Source: Candidatus Latescibacterota bacterium
GTDB lineage: Bacteria; Latescibacterota; UBA2968
Length of the DNA: 48,546 nucleotides
Reading direction: 5' to 3'
NCBI GenBank assembly: GCA_038279365.1
Contig: JAYODI010000037.1
Coordinates: forward strand, 1 to 48,546
Shown here: in pieces, positions 8,873 to 17,989 of the stretch
How positions within the stretch are numbered: position 1 is the stretch's first letter
Layout of the letters: every line of letters starts with the position of its first letter
The notes under the pieces: model-generated
The model's input: the letters and a program-made list of their open reading frames with translations, nothing else
The model's database searches: none
What the model was told of the DNA's origin: nothing
Made by a program: the position numbers and the translations under genes

Positions 8873-10645
8873 TTACTGGGTTTGTAACAGGTCTTTGGCC
8901 AGTTCCAAGTTTGACTGTGCACCTACATAATTGGGATTGATCTGCAGCGTTTTTTGGAATTGTTCTATTGCTTGTTGATATTGCCCAGCTTGTAAATAAG
9001 AAACACCCAGATTGTTATGCGCCAAAAAGTGTTGGGGGTGTAAGGTCAATGTTTTTTGAAAATGTGGGATGGCTTTTTGATAGTGTCCCAATCTTAAATA
9101 GGCACTGCCCAAATTGTTGTGAATTCTGGGTAACCAATCACCAAGTCGTTTTTCATCTAAGTCGTGTGTCACTGCCTGCGTAAAGTGTACTATGGCTTCA
9201 TCTGGGCGATTCAATTCGGTTAAAGCATGTCCTAAATTGTAATGCGCATAAATGAAATTGGGGTCTTGTTGTAGCGATTTTTCGAAGTAAGGGATAGCCG
9301 CTTCAAATTCTTTGTTCTGGTTTTTGATATGCCCCAATATGTTCCAAGCACGTGGGTTTTGAGGCCGATGAGTTGTAACGGTTTCCCATATGGCGGTTTC
9401 ACTTCGATAATCGTGATTGCGTAATAAGGTGAGTGTTGAGAAGATACATATGGGGGTGATGACAAGCATGCGTGTTATCCAAATATTTTTTTTCTTTTGG
9501 TTTGTTTGGATGTGTGCGATTGCCTCATATGCCAATAGTGTTAGGAGTATGACGCCTGAAGCCAACGGCAAATACATGCGCCTTTCTGCGCCTACTTCAT
9601 TGATAATGGGAATAATGCTGGAGGTGGGAGCCAATACGATAAAAAAACAAGCCCCTAAAAACCCCAATGTAGGACGATGTTTGAGGGCATAAAGCGTTGC
9701 GACAAATAAGGTGATTAGGAAGACGGCATGGAGAAGGATTTGTAAGAGTGAGAGATCGACAATGGGGAAACCGTAGTCGAGAATGAGTGGATGTGGCCAT
9801 ATGATACGCGTGATGTAAGTGGTGAGGATGGGCAGTTGATTTTTGAAATAATCCCAAGCATGGATATGTGTGCCAAAACCAATGGTGTCACCATGGGGGC
9901 GTTGAAGCAATAAAGATAACAAGACAAACCAGGTTGCAGCCAAACCCAAATAGAACGGCCACTTGTTTATAAATGCTTTGCGCAATGAGCCACTATAAAA
10001 TGTTTTGTCAAAGAGTAACGCAACAAGGGGGGCCGTGACCATGACTTCTTTGCTGGCCATACCCAAAGCACAAAAGGCTATGGTGAGGATGGGCCAGATG
10101 TGTTTGGTTGGATTTTGACAGGTGCGCATCGTGCCATAAAGGGTGAGCAAATAAAAAAATCCCATGATGGATTCACTGCGTTGCAAGATATAATTGACAC
10201 ATTGTGTTTGGAGAGGGTGAATCAGCCAGAGTAAGGCAATGATGCACGATAGGATTTCTGCATGCTCGCCATATTTTTCATTGAGATATGGACTGTGAAA
10301 TGTGTGGTGCAGGAGAGAATATAAAAGGAGGGCATTGAGAATATGAATGGTTATGTTGAGTAAGTGATAGCCCCATACGTTGAACCCATCTGATGCAAAA
10401 TTAATGGCAAGTGTTAAGTTGACAATGGGGCGTCCGTGTGCGCCTTTTTCGGGTGCCCACGCTTTGGTGAGCCACGTGGGGGGCCAAAGTGATTCGATGG
10501 CCGAATTTTCAAGAATGGCGATATGGTCATCAAAAATAAACGGGCCAGATAAGCTGTTGGCATAAACAGCAATACCCATTATAACCAGAATGAGCCAAGC
10601 GATGGGTCTTGGTATCGTTTTTTGATGTGTATATAACGCAGGCAT
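8873..10645 (-). CDS. Second TMTC-like membrane glycosyltransferase with TPR repeats
   Basis: 'YANSLSGPFIFDD', 'RP', 'HPLQTQCVNYI.QRSE', 'SKE', 'AERRMYLP', C-terminal TPR repeats. Confidence 0.85.
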   Translation of the reverse strand: MPALYTHQKTIPRPIAWLILVIMGIAVYANSLSGPFIFDDHIAILENSAIESLWPPTWLTKAWAPEKGAHGRPIVNLTLAINFASDGFNVWGYHLLNITIHILNALLLYSLLHHTFHSPYLNEKYGEHAEILSCIIALLWLIHPLQTQCVNYILQRSESIMGFFYLLTLYGTMRTCQNPTKHIWPILTIAFCALGMASKEVMVTAPLVALLFDKTFYSGSLRKAFINKWPFYLGLAATWFVLLSLLLQRPHGDTIGFGTHIHAWDYFKNQLPILTTYITRIIWPHPLILDYGFPIVDLSLLQILLHAVFLITLFVATLYALKHRPTLGFLGACFFIVLAPTSSIIPIINEVGAERRMYLPLASGVILLTLLAYEAIAHIQTNQKKKNIWITRMLVITPICIFSTLTLLRNHDYRSETAIWETVTTHRPQNPRAWNILGHIKNQNKEFEAAIPYFEKSLQQDPNFIYAHYNLGHALTELNRPDEAIVHFTQAVTHDLDEKRLGDWLPRIHNNLGSAYLRLGHYQKAIPHFQKTLTLHPQHFLAHNNLGVSYLQAGQYQQAIEQFQKTLQINPNYVGAQSNLELAKDLLQTQ

Positions 10646-10680
10646 AGGTTTTCGTTGCTGTGGATTTTAAAGCTGTTCTA

Positions 10681-13212
10681 TTATTTTACCTGCCAAAGCG
10701 TTTCACTGTGTTGTTGGATGTGATTTGGCATGGTAATGATTGTGGTTTTGTTTTTTGTGAGTGATAAAGTAATGGTTGGGTGTTCACCAGATGTATTCAG
10801 CGTTGCTCTGCGCAATTGGGATTGCCCTTTTATGATTTCATAAACCACGACAAATCGACTGTGTTTTTTGCGATTGCGCAATACGAGGGTGTCCAAATAT
10901 TTGTTGGGTTCTGATGTGATTTCCATTTGCGAACGCCACCCGGGTGAGCGATACGTGATGACTTCGGTGCTTGCGGTAAGTATGTGGGCTTGCACTTTTT
11001 CTTGGCCACGTCCCCAAGTGGCTTTCCAACCGCCATCTGTTTTACCTGCTGTTTGGAAGTCTTTTAGTGGGTAAAAGGAGTGGTTTTGATAAAGGCTATT
11101 TTTTCGTGGTTGTAACTCTGGTTCAATTTTAAGCGATTTGGGGGGTGCAATGATGCGTGTATTGTAGTCGTGAAAAGATGCGCCTTCTACATCAAATAGG
11201 TCAATGAGAATGGGCAAACCATCGGGTTTGCGAAGCAAGGTAATGGCACGTCGCAAGGATGTGCCATTGGTGTGTTGGAGGTGCATGTCAACAAAGTGGG
11301 CAGAACCTTTGGTGGCAAAACCAAGCAATGAACTGGCTGTGCCTGGGTAGAGGTTTTGGCCATCAATGGTAACGGTTTGGTGACTGGCTGTGGCTTTGAC
11401 CCATTGGTTGCCTGGGTGGTCACAGATATAACCCAAGTCGGGGAATATTTCGCGTCCATTGGCAAAAAGTTGTAAGGTGAGGGGGCCTGCATGGCGATGT
11501 CCTCTGTGGCCATCTTCACCTAAAAAATAGAGCTGCGTATGTTTTGCGCCCGAACCAAACCCAACGCAGGCCAAATGGCGCCCTTCGTAATAATGGTTGA
11601 AAGCTTTTCCTGATGAGGGTCTTTTGGGGCGGTTGGAAAGGTCGGTGTTGAGAATGGCAAAGTCAGACGGAGGTGCACCACCATCTCCGGGAATGAGGAT
11701 TTGACACCGTTTTGCGGCAATGTCAAAAGTGCGTGTGGGAGTACCTGAATAAACATAGCTGTCGTCTAATGGGGGATATTTGCCTTCGGGTGTTGCGATG
11801 TCGGTAAAAGCTTGGAATGCTTTTTCTAAAAGGCTGTTTGCGTAAAGGTCTTGAGTACCACGCATCATTTCTGGAATGCGCCACAAATCTTCACCAATGG
11901 GTTTATGCCCATAAATGGGTGATTCTTTCATGGATCCATCGGGGTGAAATTGGCCTTCGAGAATTTTATGGTATCCTTTGAGTCCTGCATTTAACTCGGT
12001 TTTGTTGTTGTAAACCAGACCAAATGCAACACGTGATGCGCGCACCGGGCCGGCTTTGTTGGAGAGCGGTTCGTAGGCTTTGACGTCGAGAAAGAGTTCA
12101 AGTAAAAAGTCTTGTTCTATTTTCTGCCGTGATTTTTGAGTGATGTGCTTTTTGACAAGGTCGTAGGCTTGAAAGAGTTTGAGAAATGCCCCACCCGTTG
12201 TGCTCAGTTCGGTGGCTATGCGCGAACACCCCCACAAACCTGTTGCCACCCGCGTGAAACGTGTGGTGGTTTTTTCATGGTTATACCCATGGCGACCATC
12301 GTAGACACTGATAGAGGCATTGCGTTTAAATACGGTGGGCAATGCATCGGCGTGGTCGGTGGCATATCCTGGGTCAGCATCGACGGTGTCTTGAAAATAG
12401 CTGTGCAGTGGATAACCTGAATAGACTTGAGCAAAACGTTGGAGAATTTTTTCGAGTGGTTTGATATAGGTTTTTTTGCCAGTGAATGCATATGCCAAAG
12501 ACAGGTCTTCTGTGCGGTCTATGGCCCACTGAATTTTGAGGGCACGTATGTTGCCTGTAAATGAAACGTGGATGGGTTGATTTACAAATTTCCCAGCATT
12601 GTCACCCAGGCGCCAATCTTTGGTTTCGAGCTCTTCTTTTAAGATATGGAAGGTGTATGTTTTTTGGAGACGAGGCAGCTCAAGAATGCCATTTTCTGGG
12701 TAATTGGCATGGGGGTATGTGATGTGGCAATAAGGGCAGGTGAGTGTGTCTGGGGATTTCCAATCCCATTGCCAAAAGTAACGGTTGATGCCTTCGGGCG
12801 ATTTTTTATGCACGCAGTTGGGACAAAAATTACCTCCTCTGTTCCAAAGGCCTGTATCGGGTATGAAGGTATCAAAAAAATCGGTGGGTAAATCGATCAC
12901 TTCGTTTGCGCGTTGAAGTATGTCTTGGCACCATTTTTTTGCAGCGGAGTGTTTTTTGATATTGGCGCGCATGTGTTGTATTTGTTCTTTGCGTATCAAG
13001 AGGCTGGGTTCACTTTTTCCTTTGCCTGCAAAGCGCTTTTTCCAGCGCTCTCTTTTGTTTCGGTGTTTTATTTCTTCTTCTGAAGGGTAAGCAATAACAG
13101 GCCCTCCTGGATCCAATCCCATCCATTGTCGAAATATTTTCATTTCTTTTTTGTTGAGTTTGTGGATCGGTTTGTCGGGCAATGGGATTTGAGTATGGGT
13201 CACTGTTTTCAT
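10681..13212 (-). CDS. Heparinase II/III-like protein with N-terminal CxxC..CxxC motif
   Basis: 'DGSMKESP.Y', 'PPLDDS', 'GHRHAGPLTLQL', 'PDLGY', 'TASHQTVTIDG'; start moved to MKTV because the upstream ATG lies in a terminator hairpin. Confidence 0.7.
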   Translation of the reverse strand: MKTVTHTQIPLPDKPIHKLNKKEMKIFRQWMGLDPGGPVIAYPSEEEIKHRNKRERWKKRFAGKGKSEPSLLIRKEQIQHMRANIKKHSAAKKWCQDILQRANEVIDLPTDFFDTFIPDTGLWNRGGNFCPNCVHKKSPEGINRYFWQWDWKSPDTLTCPYCHITYPHANYPENGILELPRLQKTYTFHILKEELETKDWRLGDNAGKFVNQPIHVSFTGNIRALKIQWAIDRTEDLSLAYAFTGKKTYIKPLEKILQRFAQVYSGYPLHSYFQDTVDADPGYATDHADALPTVFKRNASISVYDGRHGYNHEKTTTRFTRVATGLWGCSRIATELSTTGGAFLKLFQAYDLVKKHITQKSRQKIEQDFLLELFLDVKAYEPLSNKAGPVRASRVAFGLVYNNKTELNAGLKGYHKILEGQFHPDGSMKESPIYGHKPIGEDLWRIPEMMRGTQDLYANSLLEKAFQAFTDIATPEGKYPPLDDSYVYSGTPTRTFDIAAKRCQILIPGDGGAPPSDFAILNTDLSNRPKRPSSGKAFNHYYEGRHLACVGFGSGAKHTQLYFLGEDGHRGHRHAGPLTLQLFANGREIFPDLGYICDHPGNQWVKATASHQTVTIDGQNLYPGTASSLLGFATKGSAHFVDMHLQHTNGTSLRRAITLLRKPDGLPILIDLFDVEGASFHDYNTRIIAPPKSLKIEPELQPRKNSLYQNHSFYPLKDFQTAGKTDGGWKATWGRGQEKVQAHILTASTEVITYRSPGWRSQMEITSEPNKYLDTLVLRNRKKHSRFVVVYEIIKGQSQLRRATLNTSGEHPTITLSLTKNKTTIITMPNHIQQHSETLWQVK

Positions 13213-13224
13213 AGGGTTGGCCTT

Positions 13225-13270
13225 AGAAAAAATGCGAAAGTGTGTGTATATACAAACACACTTTCGCATT
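13225..13270 (-). terminator. Intrinsic terminator / hairpin after the Gfo gene
   Basis: AATGCGAAAGTGTGT / ACACACTTTCGCATT 15-bp perfect stem with a U run on the minus strand. Confidence 0.7.
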
Positions 13271-13289
13271 CTGTTTCAAATGTTGACAA

Positions 13290-14159
13290 TTATCGGATAG
13301 ATGGCAGTTTGACCTTTTTACCTGTTTTAATCGATTTTTCAAGGGCCTCTAATGTGGCAATGGGGTTGAGTATTGTCACATCGGTTTCAACGGTTTTGCC
13401 CGTGCGAAACATACTGCAAAATTCTTTGATGCCAGAAAGATATGGGTTTTCATCGCGCTCGATCACGCGATCCAAGCGACCTTTTTCACCAATGATGGAG
13501 ATGTGAAAATCAGGACGGCCCTCGCTGATGAGGTTCATTGTTGAAATGGCACCACTGGCCGAATAGAGTGTGGCGGTGTGGTTGTTTTTGCCTTTGTTGA
13601 GTTGGGCATGGGTTACGTCTTGTTCGAGTAAACGCACGACCATGTCAACTTGGTGAATGCCATAAAAGAAGACGCCACCATATTTGGATTTTAGATCACA
13701 GGGCCCAGTTGAGATCACGGAGACAATTTTACCCAATTGGCGTGTGTCTTTTTGTAATTGTACAAAAGACGCTTGTTTGGGCAACGTGGAGAAAGAACAA
13801 ACAGGTACGCCGAGTTCTTTTGCTCGGTTGAGAAACTCGCGACCTTCTTTAACGCGGTAGCTAAATGGTTTGTCAATAAAGAGTGGGATTTTTGCTTCGA
13901 GCAAGGGGCGTACGGCTGGCAGATGGAATTTGGCATGTCGATGGTCAACAAGGGCGGCATCCACTTGGCCGATCAGGTCTTCTGGATTTTTGACAATGTT
14001 GGGAATTTGCCCACGTTCTTGGGCGTCTTTTGCAAATTTGGCTGTTTCGCCCCAAACATGTGTGACGTTAAAACCGCGAACAAGTTTTTGAATGTTGATG
14101 GTTTTTGCAATGGCTACTGTGTGGCTGTTTTCTGCGCCGATGATGCCGATATTGGGCAT
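13290..14159 (-). CDS. Gfo/Idh/MocA family oxidoreductase
   Basis: 'MPNIGIIGAENSH', 'FIDKP', 'FYGIH'; AGGAG SD before ATG 14159. Confidence 0.8.
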   Translation of the reverse strand: MPNIGIIGAENSHTVAIAKTINIQKLVRGFNVTHVWGETAKFAKDAQERGQIPNIVKNPEDLIGQVDAALVDHRHAKFHLPAVRPLLEAKIPLFIDKPFSYRVKEGREFLNRAKELGVPVCSFSTLPKQASFVQLQKDTRQLGKIVSVISTGPCDLKSKYGGVFFYGIHQVDMVVRLLEQDVTHAQLNKGKNNHTATLYSASGAISTMNLISEGRPDFHISIIGEKGRLDRVIERDENPYLSGIKEFCSMFRTGKTVETDVTILNPIATLEALEKSIKTGKKVKLPSIR

Positions 14160-14241
14160 GATGAGCTCCTTTGGATAAATCTTTGAATGGGTGGATTTTA
14201 GAATCTGCGCATTTGCGAATCTGTCTTGTTTTCGCCTATTC

Positions 14242-15483
14242 TTAACTCCACAATCGATCATTGACTCTGAGTTTGTCCCACTGTTCTGTAGACTCAAAAT
14301 AACCTGGGCTATCTGGGTCAATGTGGGCTTTGATGGCTTCTTCGTTGAGGTCGAGGCCTAAGCCCGGTGTTTCGGGCACGTCGATATAACCATTCTGAAT
14401 GATGGGATTTGGAAGACCTGTCACCAAATCATTCCAGGGTGCGTAATCGACTGCGTGATTTTCTAAGATGAGAAAGTTTTCTGTGGCGGCGGCACAATGC
14501 ACACTGGCCATTTGTGCCACAGGTGTAGCGGCCATGTGCATGGCCATGGCAATGCCGTGTTCTTGTGCATAGTCGCCAATTTTTTTGGTTTCGAGAATGC
14601 CGCCCGATGTGGCCAAATCGGGGTGAATAATGGAAACGGCTTTGTTGTCGATGAGGGGTTTGAAATTTTCGAGCAGATAAATGTCTTCACCCGTGCAAAC
14701 CGGTGCCGATGTTGCATTTTTGAGGCGCACCCATTGATCCACAAATTGCCAAGGAATCATGTCTTCGAGCCAGGCAAGGCTAAAAGGCTCAAGCGCACGT
14801 GCCAAGCGAATGCATGATTCCACATTGATGTGACCAAAGTGATCGGCTGCCAATGGAATTTCGTAGCCCACAATGTTACGTACGGTGCTAACATAGTCAA
14901 CCAGGGCATCAATGCCTTTGTCTGTAAACTGGATGCCTGTAAAGGGGTGCATCACTTGGTTGGTGTCCAACATCCCTTGTGGGTAAGACAAGGCACCCGG
15001 TATGTGTTTGATCAGATTGACGCCAATGTCCATTTTCAAAAAGGTGAAGCCCATATCCATACGGCCTTTGAGCCGTTTGCCCATTTCTTCGGCATCGCGT
15101 GATGAGTCTGTGTCGCTGTAACAGCGTATTTTGTCGCGAAATTTGCCACCTGCCAGTTGATAGGCGGGGACGCCATAGGCTTTGCCGGCCAAGTCCATCA
15201 GGGCCATTTCGATGGCACAGACACCGCCGGCTTGTCGGGCATGGCCACCAAACTGTTTGATGGCGCGAAAAATCTTGTCCACGTTGCAGGGGTTTTCACC
15301 CAATATGATGCGTTTGAGCATGAGCGCATAATAAAAGCTTGCCCCATCGCGCACTTCGCCAAGGCCATAAATGCCTTGGTTGGTGTCGAGCCGAATGAGT
15401 GTGGACCGCATGGGTGCACCTTTAAGATTGACAATGCGCATGTCGGTGATTTTAAGTTGGGATGGTGATGAGTGGGTGTTCAT
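14242..15483 (-). CDS. Mandelate racemase/muconate lactonizing enzyme family (enolase superfamily)
   Basis: 'G.YGLGE', 'IEMALMDLAGKAYGVPAYQLAGG', KMD, 'WLED', 'TGE', 'HPD', 'PGLG'. Confidence 0.9.
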   Translation of the reverse strand: MNTHSSPSQLKITDMRIVNLKGAPMRSTLIRLDTNQGIYGLGEVRDGASFYYALMLKRIILGENPCNVDKIFRAIKQFGGHARQAGGVCAIEMALMDLAGKAYGVPAYQLAGGKFRDKIRCYSDTDSSRDAEEMGKRLKGRMDMGFTFLKMDIGVNLIKHIPGALSYPQGMLDTNQVMHPFTGIQFTDKGIDALVDYVSTVRNIVGYEIPLAADHFGHINVESCIRLARALEPFSLAWLEDMIPWQFVDQWVRLKNATSAPVCTGEDIYLLENFKPLIDNKAVSIIHPDLATSGGILETKKIGDYAQEHGIAMAMHMAATPVAQMASVHCAAATENFLILENHAVDYAPWNDLVTGLPNPIIQNGYIDVPETPGLGLDLNEEAIKAHIDPDSPGYFESTEQWDKLRVNDRLWS

Positions 15484-15505
15484 TTTTTCTCCTAAATGAT
15501 AGGCG

Positions 15506-16342
15506 TTACAGCAAGCCCTCTGTTTTTAAGTCGTGCGTTTTGGACCATTCTTCAAAGTCTTTATCCATTTCTTCTGACCATTTGCGATCCACTTCGCCTG
15601 GGGTGTAGATGCCTTCGCGAATACGCATTTGCCCAAAATAGTCGTGTAGCCGAATCGATTCGGATCTTTCGACCACTTGTTGGGCAAGGTGGGGCGGAAT
15701 GAATGTGACGCCTGTGGGTGTTCCCAAAACGATGTCACCGGGTAAACACGTGGCGTTGCCAATGCGAATGGGCACATTGATTTCCATAAGTGTAACATCG
15801 CGAATGGGGGTAGGATCGAGGCCTTTGAGAAAACCATTGAAATTTTCCAATTCAACAACCCGCTGATAATCGCGCATACCACCATCTACCACCATGCCCC
15901 CGCCTTGTGTGTTGGCTTGAATGGCGGTGGCTAAGTTGTCGCCAGCAAAGGTACCCCAGATAATTTTACCAAAGAGTTCTACAACAATGACATCACCGGG
16001 AACCAAGGTGTCAATTGCCCAAGAATTTTGCCCACCCACCCGGCCTTCTTTTGTGCCGACTTCTTGAACGACTTCGTTTAAGTCTGGGCGAGACGGAACA
16101 TAACGACAGGTAACTGCACGACCAGTTAAAATACGGTCGGGATGTAGGTTGAGCCAATTGCCTTCAAATTGGAGTTTGTAATCATTGCTGTTGAGCACAC
16201 CCCAAGCTTCTTCCGATGTCACTTTGCGCATGCGTTCGACAATGTCGTCGGGTACTTTGGGGCGGCCATCTGCAAAACGGTCAAAAGGATTTTTGGGCGT
16301 TAGGGCCTCAATTTTTTCTTTGTCATTCCAGATATATGCCAA
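15506..16342 (-). CDS. RraA family / HMG aldolase-like protein
   Basis: 'GRAVT.RY.P.RPD', 'GDNLA', 'VVDGGMRD', 'PGDIVLG...GVTFIP'; TTG start with AAGGAG SD. Confidence 0.85.
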   Translation of the reverse strand: MAYIWNDKEKIEALTPKNPFDRFADGRPKVPDDIVERMRKVTSEEAWGVLNSNDYKLQFEGNWLNLHPDRILTGRAVTCRYVPSRPDLNEVVQEVGTKEGRVGGQNSWAIDTLVPGDVIVVELFGKIIWGTFAGDNLATAIQANTQGGGMVVDGGMRDYQRVVELENFNGFLKGLDPTPIRDVTLMEINVPIRIGNATCLPGDIVLGTPTGVTFIPPHLAQQVVERSESIRLHDYFGQMRIREGIYTPGEVDRKWSEEMDKDFEEWSKTHDLKTEGLL

Positions 16343-16372
16343 GTTGTTGCTCCTTACTTATAAAGCGTTTGA

Positions 16373-16438
16373 AACCACAAATAAAGGCGGATAGACACGG
16401 ATTAAAAACAAAAGATCAAAATCTGCCCATCTGTGGTT
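16373..16438. repeat. Intergenic inverted-repeat element with about 9-nt periodicity
   Basis: AACCACAAAT..GGCGGAT..CACGGAT arm and ATCTGCCC ATCTGTGGTT arm. Confidence 0.55.
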
Positions 16439-16451
16439 GTGTATGGTTGTA

Positions 16452-17657
16452 TTATGGGCGCATGGGCGAGCCATCGGGGCTGCGCGTTTGGGTCCATTGA
16501 ATGATTTCGTCTTGGGGGGGATATTTTGCAGCAAGTTTTTCGTTGATGTCAATGCCCAAGCCCGGTTTGTCGTTGGGGTAGAGGTAACCTTTGCGCACTT
16601 CGGGTAACCCAGGGAAAATTTCGTAACAAAGTTCGTTGAATCGGCACCATTCTTGAATGCCAAAGTTAGGTGCCCACAGGTCAATGTGCAAATTGGCGGC
16701 ATGCCCAACGGGTGAGGTGTCACCTGGGCCATGCCAGGCGGTGCGCACATTGTACATATTGGCAAAAGCTGCAACGTTTCGAGCGGGGGTGATGCCACCC
16801 ATTTGACTGATGTGCATGCGAATAAAGTCGATGAGGCGATTTTGTATGAGCGGTGTCCATTCGTGTGGGTGATTAAAAAGTTCACCCATTGCAATGGGGG
16901 TGGCACATTGGGTGCGAATATGGCGAAACCATTCGTTGTCTTCGGGGGCGAGTGCGTCTTCAAGGAAAAAGAGTTTGAAGGGTTCCACATCTTTGGCAAA
17001 CTGAACGGCGTCACTTGGACGAAGGCGTTCATGGATGTCGTGTAAGAGTTCAATTTCTGGGCCAACTTCGGTGCGCACATGTTCAATCATGTCGAGCATG
17101 CGGCGGCAGTATTCTCGGGGGTTATAATAGGCACCATCGGGTGCGCCTTCGGGTTTTTGAAGGGCATCGGCTTTTCCACCATACCCACCCATTTGAATGC
17201 GCACGTGGCGATAGCCTTGTTCTTGATATTTGCGCACGCTTTCAACGACTTCGTGTTTGTCACTGCCACCTGCATGGGCATAGGTATCGGCGGCTTCGCG
17301 GCATTTGCCACCCAAAAGTTGATACACGGGCATGTTGGCGCGTTTGCCCTTTATATCCCAAAGGGCTTGGTCTACACCAGAGATGGCATTGTTGAGGACT
17401 GGGCCATTGCGCCAATAGGAGTTGACCATGCTCATTTGCCAAATTTCTTCAATGCGGTCTACGTCGCGGCCAATGAGAAAGGGTTTGAGGTGTTTTTCAA
17501 TGGCGGCATAAACGGCGTGAAACCGTTGGGTAAATGTGGCGCATCCCAAACCATAGAGCCCGGGTTCTGACGTGATGAGTTTGACAATCACAAGCCGTGA
17601 TCCGGCAGGTTGTGTGATAATGGTTTGTACATCTTTGATGGTAACAATTTCAGCCAT
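16452..17657 (-). CDS. RspA/D-mannonate dehydratase-like enolase-superfamily protein
   Basis: 'GLYGLGCATFTQR', 'YWRNGPVLNNAISG.D.ALWDIKGK', 'LLHDIHERL', 'FFLED', 'HGPGDTSPVG'. Confidence 0.9.
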   Translation of the reverse strand: MAEIVTIKDVQTIITQPAGSRLVIVKLITSEPGLYGLGCATFTQRFHAVYAAIEKHLKPFLIGRDVDRIEEIWQMSMVNSYWRNGPVLNNAISGVDQALWDIKGKRANMPVYQLLGGKCREAADTYAHAGGSDKHEVVESVRKYQEQGYRHVRIQMGGYGGKADALQKPEGAPDGAYYNPREYCRRMLDMIEHVRTEVGPEIELLHDIHERLRPSDAVQFAKDVEPFKLFFLEDALAPEDNEWFRHIRTQCATPIAMGELFNHPHEWTPLIQNRLIDFIRMHISQMGGITPARNVAAFANMYNVRTAWHGPGDTSPVGHAANLHIDLWAPNFGIQEWCRFNELCYEIFPGLPEVRKGYLYPNDKPGLGIDINEKLAAKYPPQDEIIQWTQTRSPDGSPMRP

Positions 17658-17676
17658 AAAAACTCCTTAGAATATT

Positions 17677-17946
17677 TTAGATACCAGGGCCACCCAAACG
17701 GTGAATGGTATTGGCAGCACGCAGATGCTCGGGTTGTTCGGGGGGCACTTTATAAAAACCACCATAGAAGATTGGACCTAATATGGGGATGAATAAAATG
17801 AATGACCAGATGATTTTACGCAGGACAGCGTCAGGCCGTCGCCAAAGATAAAAAAGGCAGAAGAAAGAAATGACCCACGATGCACCCTGAATAACAAGGT
17901 AGGTGGTGTCGTAGGATGTGAGGAATTGGATGATGAAGTCGATCAT
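17677..17946 (-). CDS. Small membrane protein (PLDc N-terminal-like helical hairpin)
   Basis: 89 aa, two TM segments, 'KIIWSFILFIPILGPIFY'; GAGG SD upstream. Confidence 0.6.
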   Translation of the reverse strand: MIDFIIQFLTSYDTTYLVIQGASWVISFFCLFYLWRRPDAVLRKIIWSFILFIPILGPIFYGGFYKVPPEQPEHLRAANTIHRLGGPGI

Positions 17947-17989
17947 ATTGTGATGAGATTCCTCATTGCACTCGAAGTGACTTCGAATG

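Noticed and set aside
13290..14321. N-terminal extensions in the ORF track (14321, 13269, 18072, 42705, 45394)
   Set aside because: They overlap neighbouring genes or hairpins; downstream starts fit SD position or family N-termini better
17947..17989. Possible degenerate REP-like element (minus strand CATTCGAAGTCACTTCGAGTG..GAGGAATCTC)
   Set aside because: Short single hairpin with no second copy in the window
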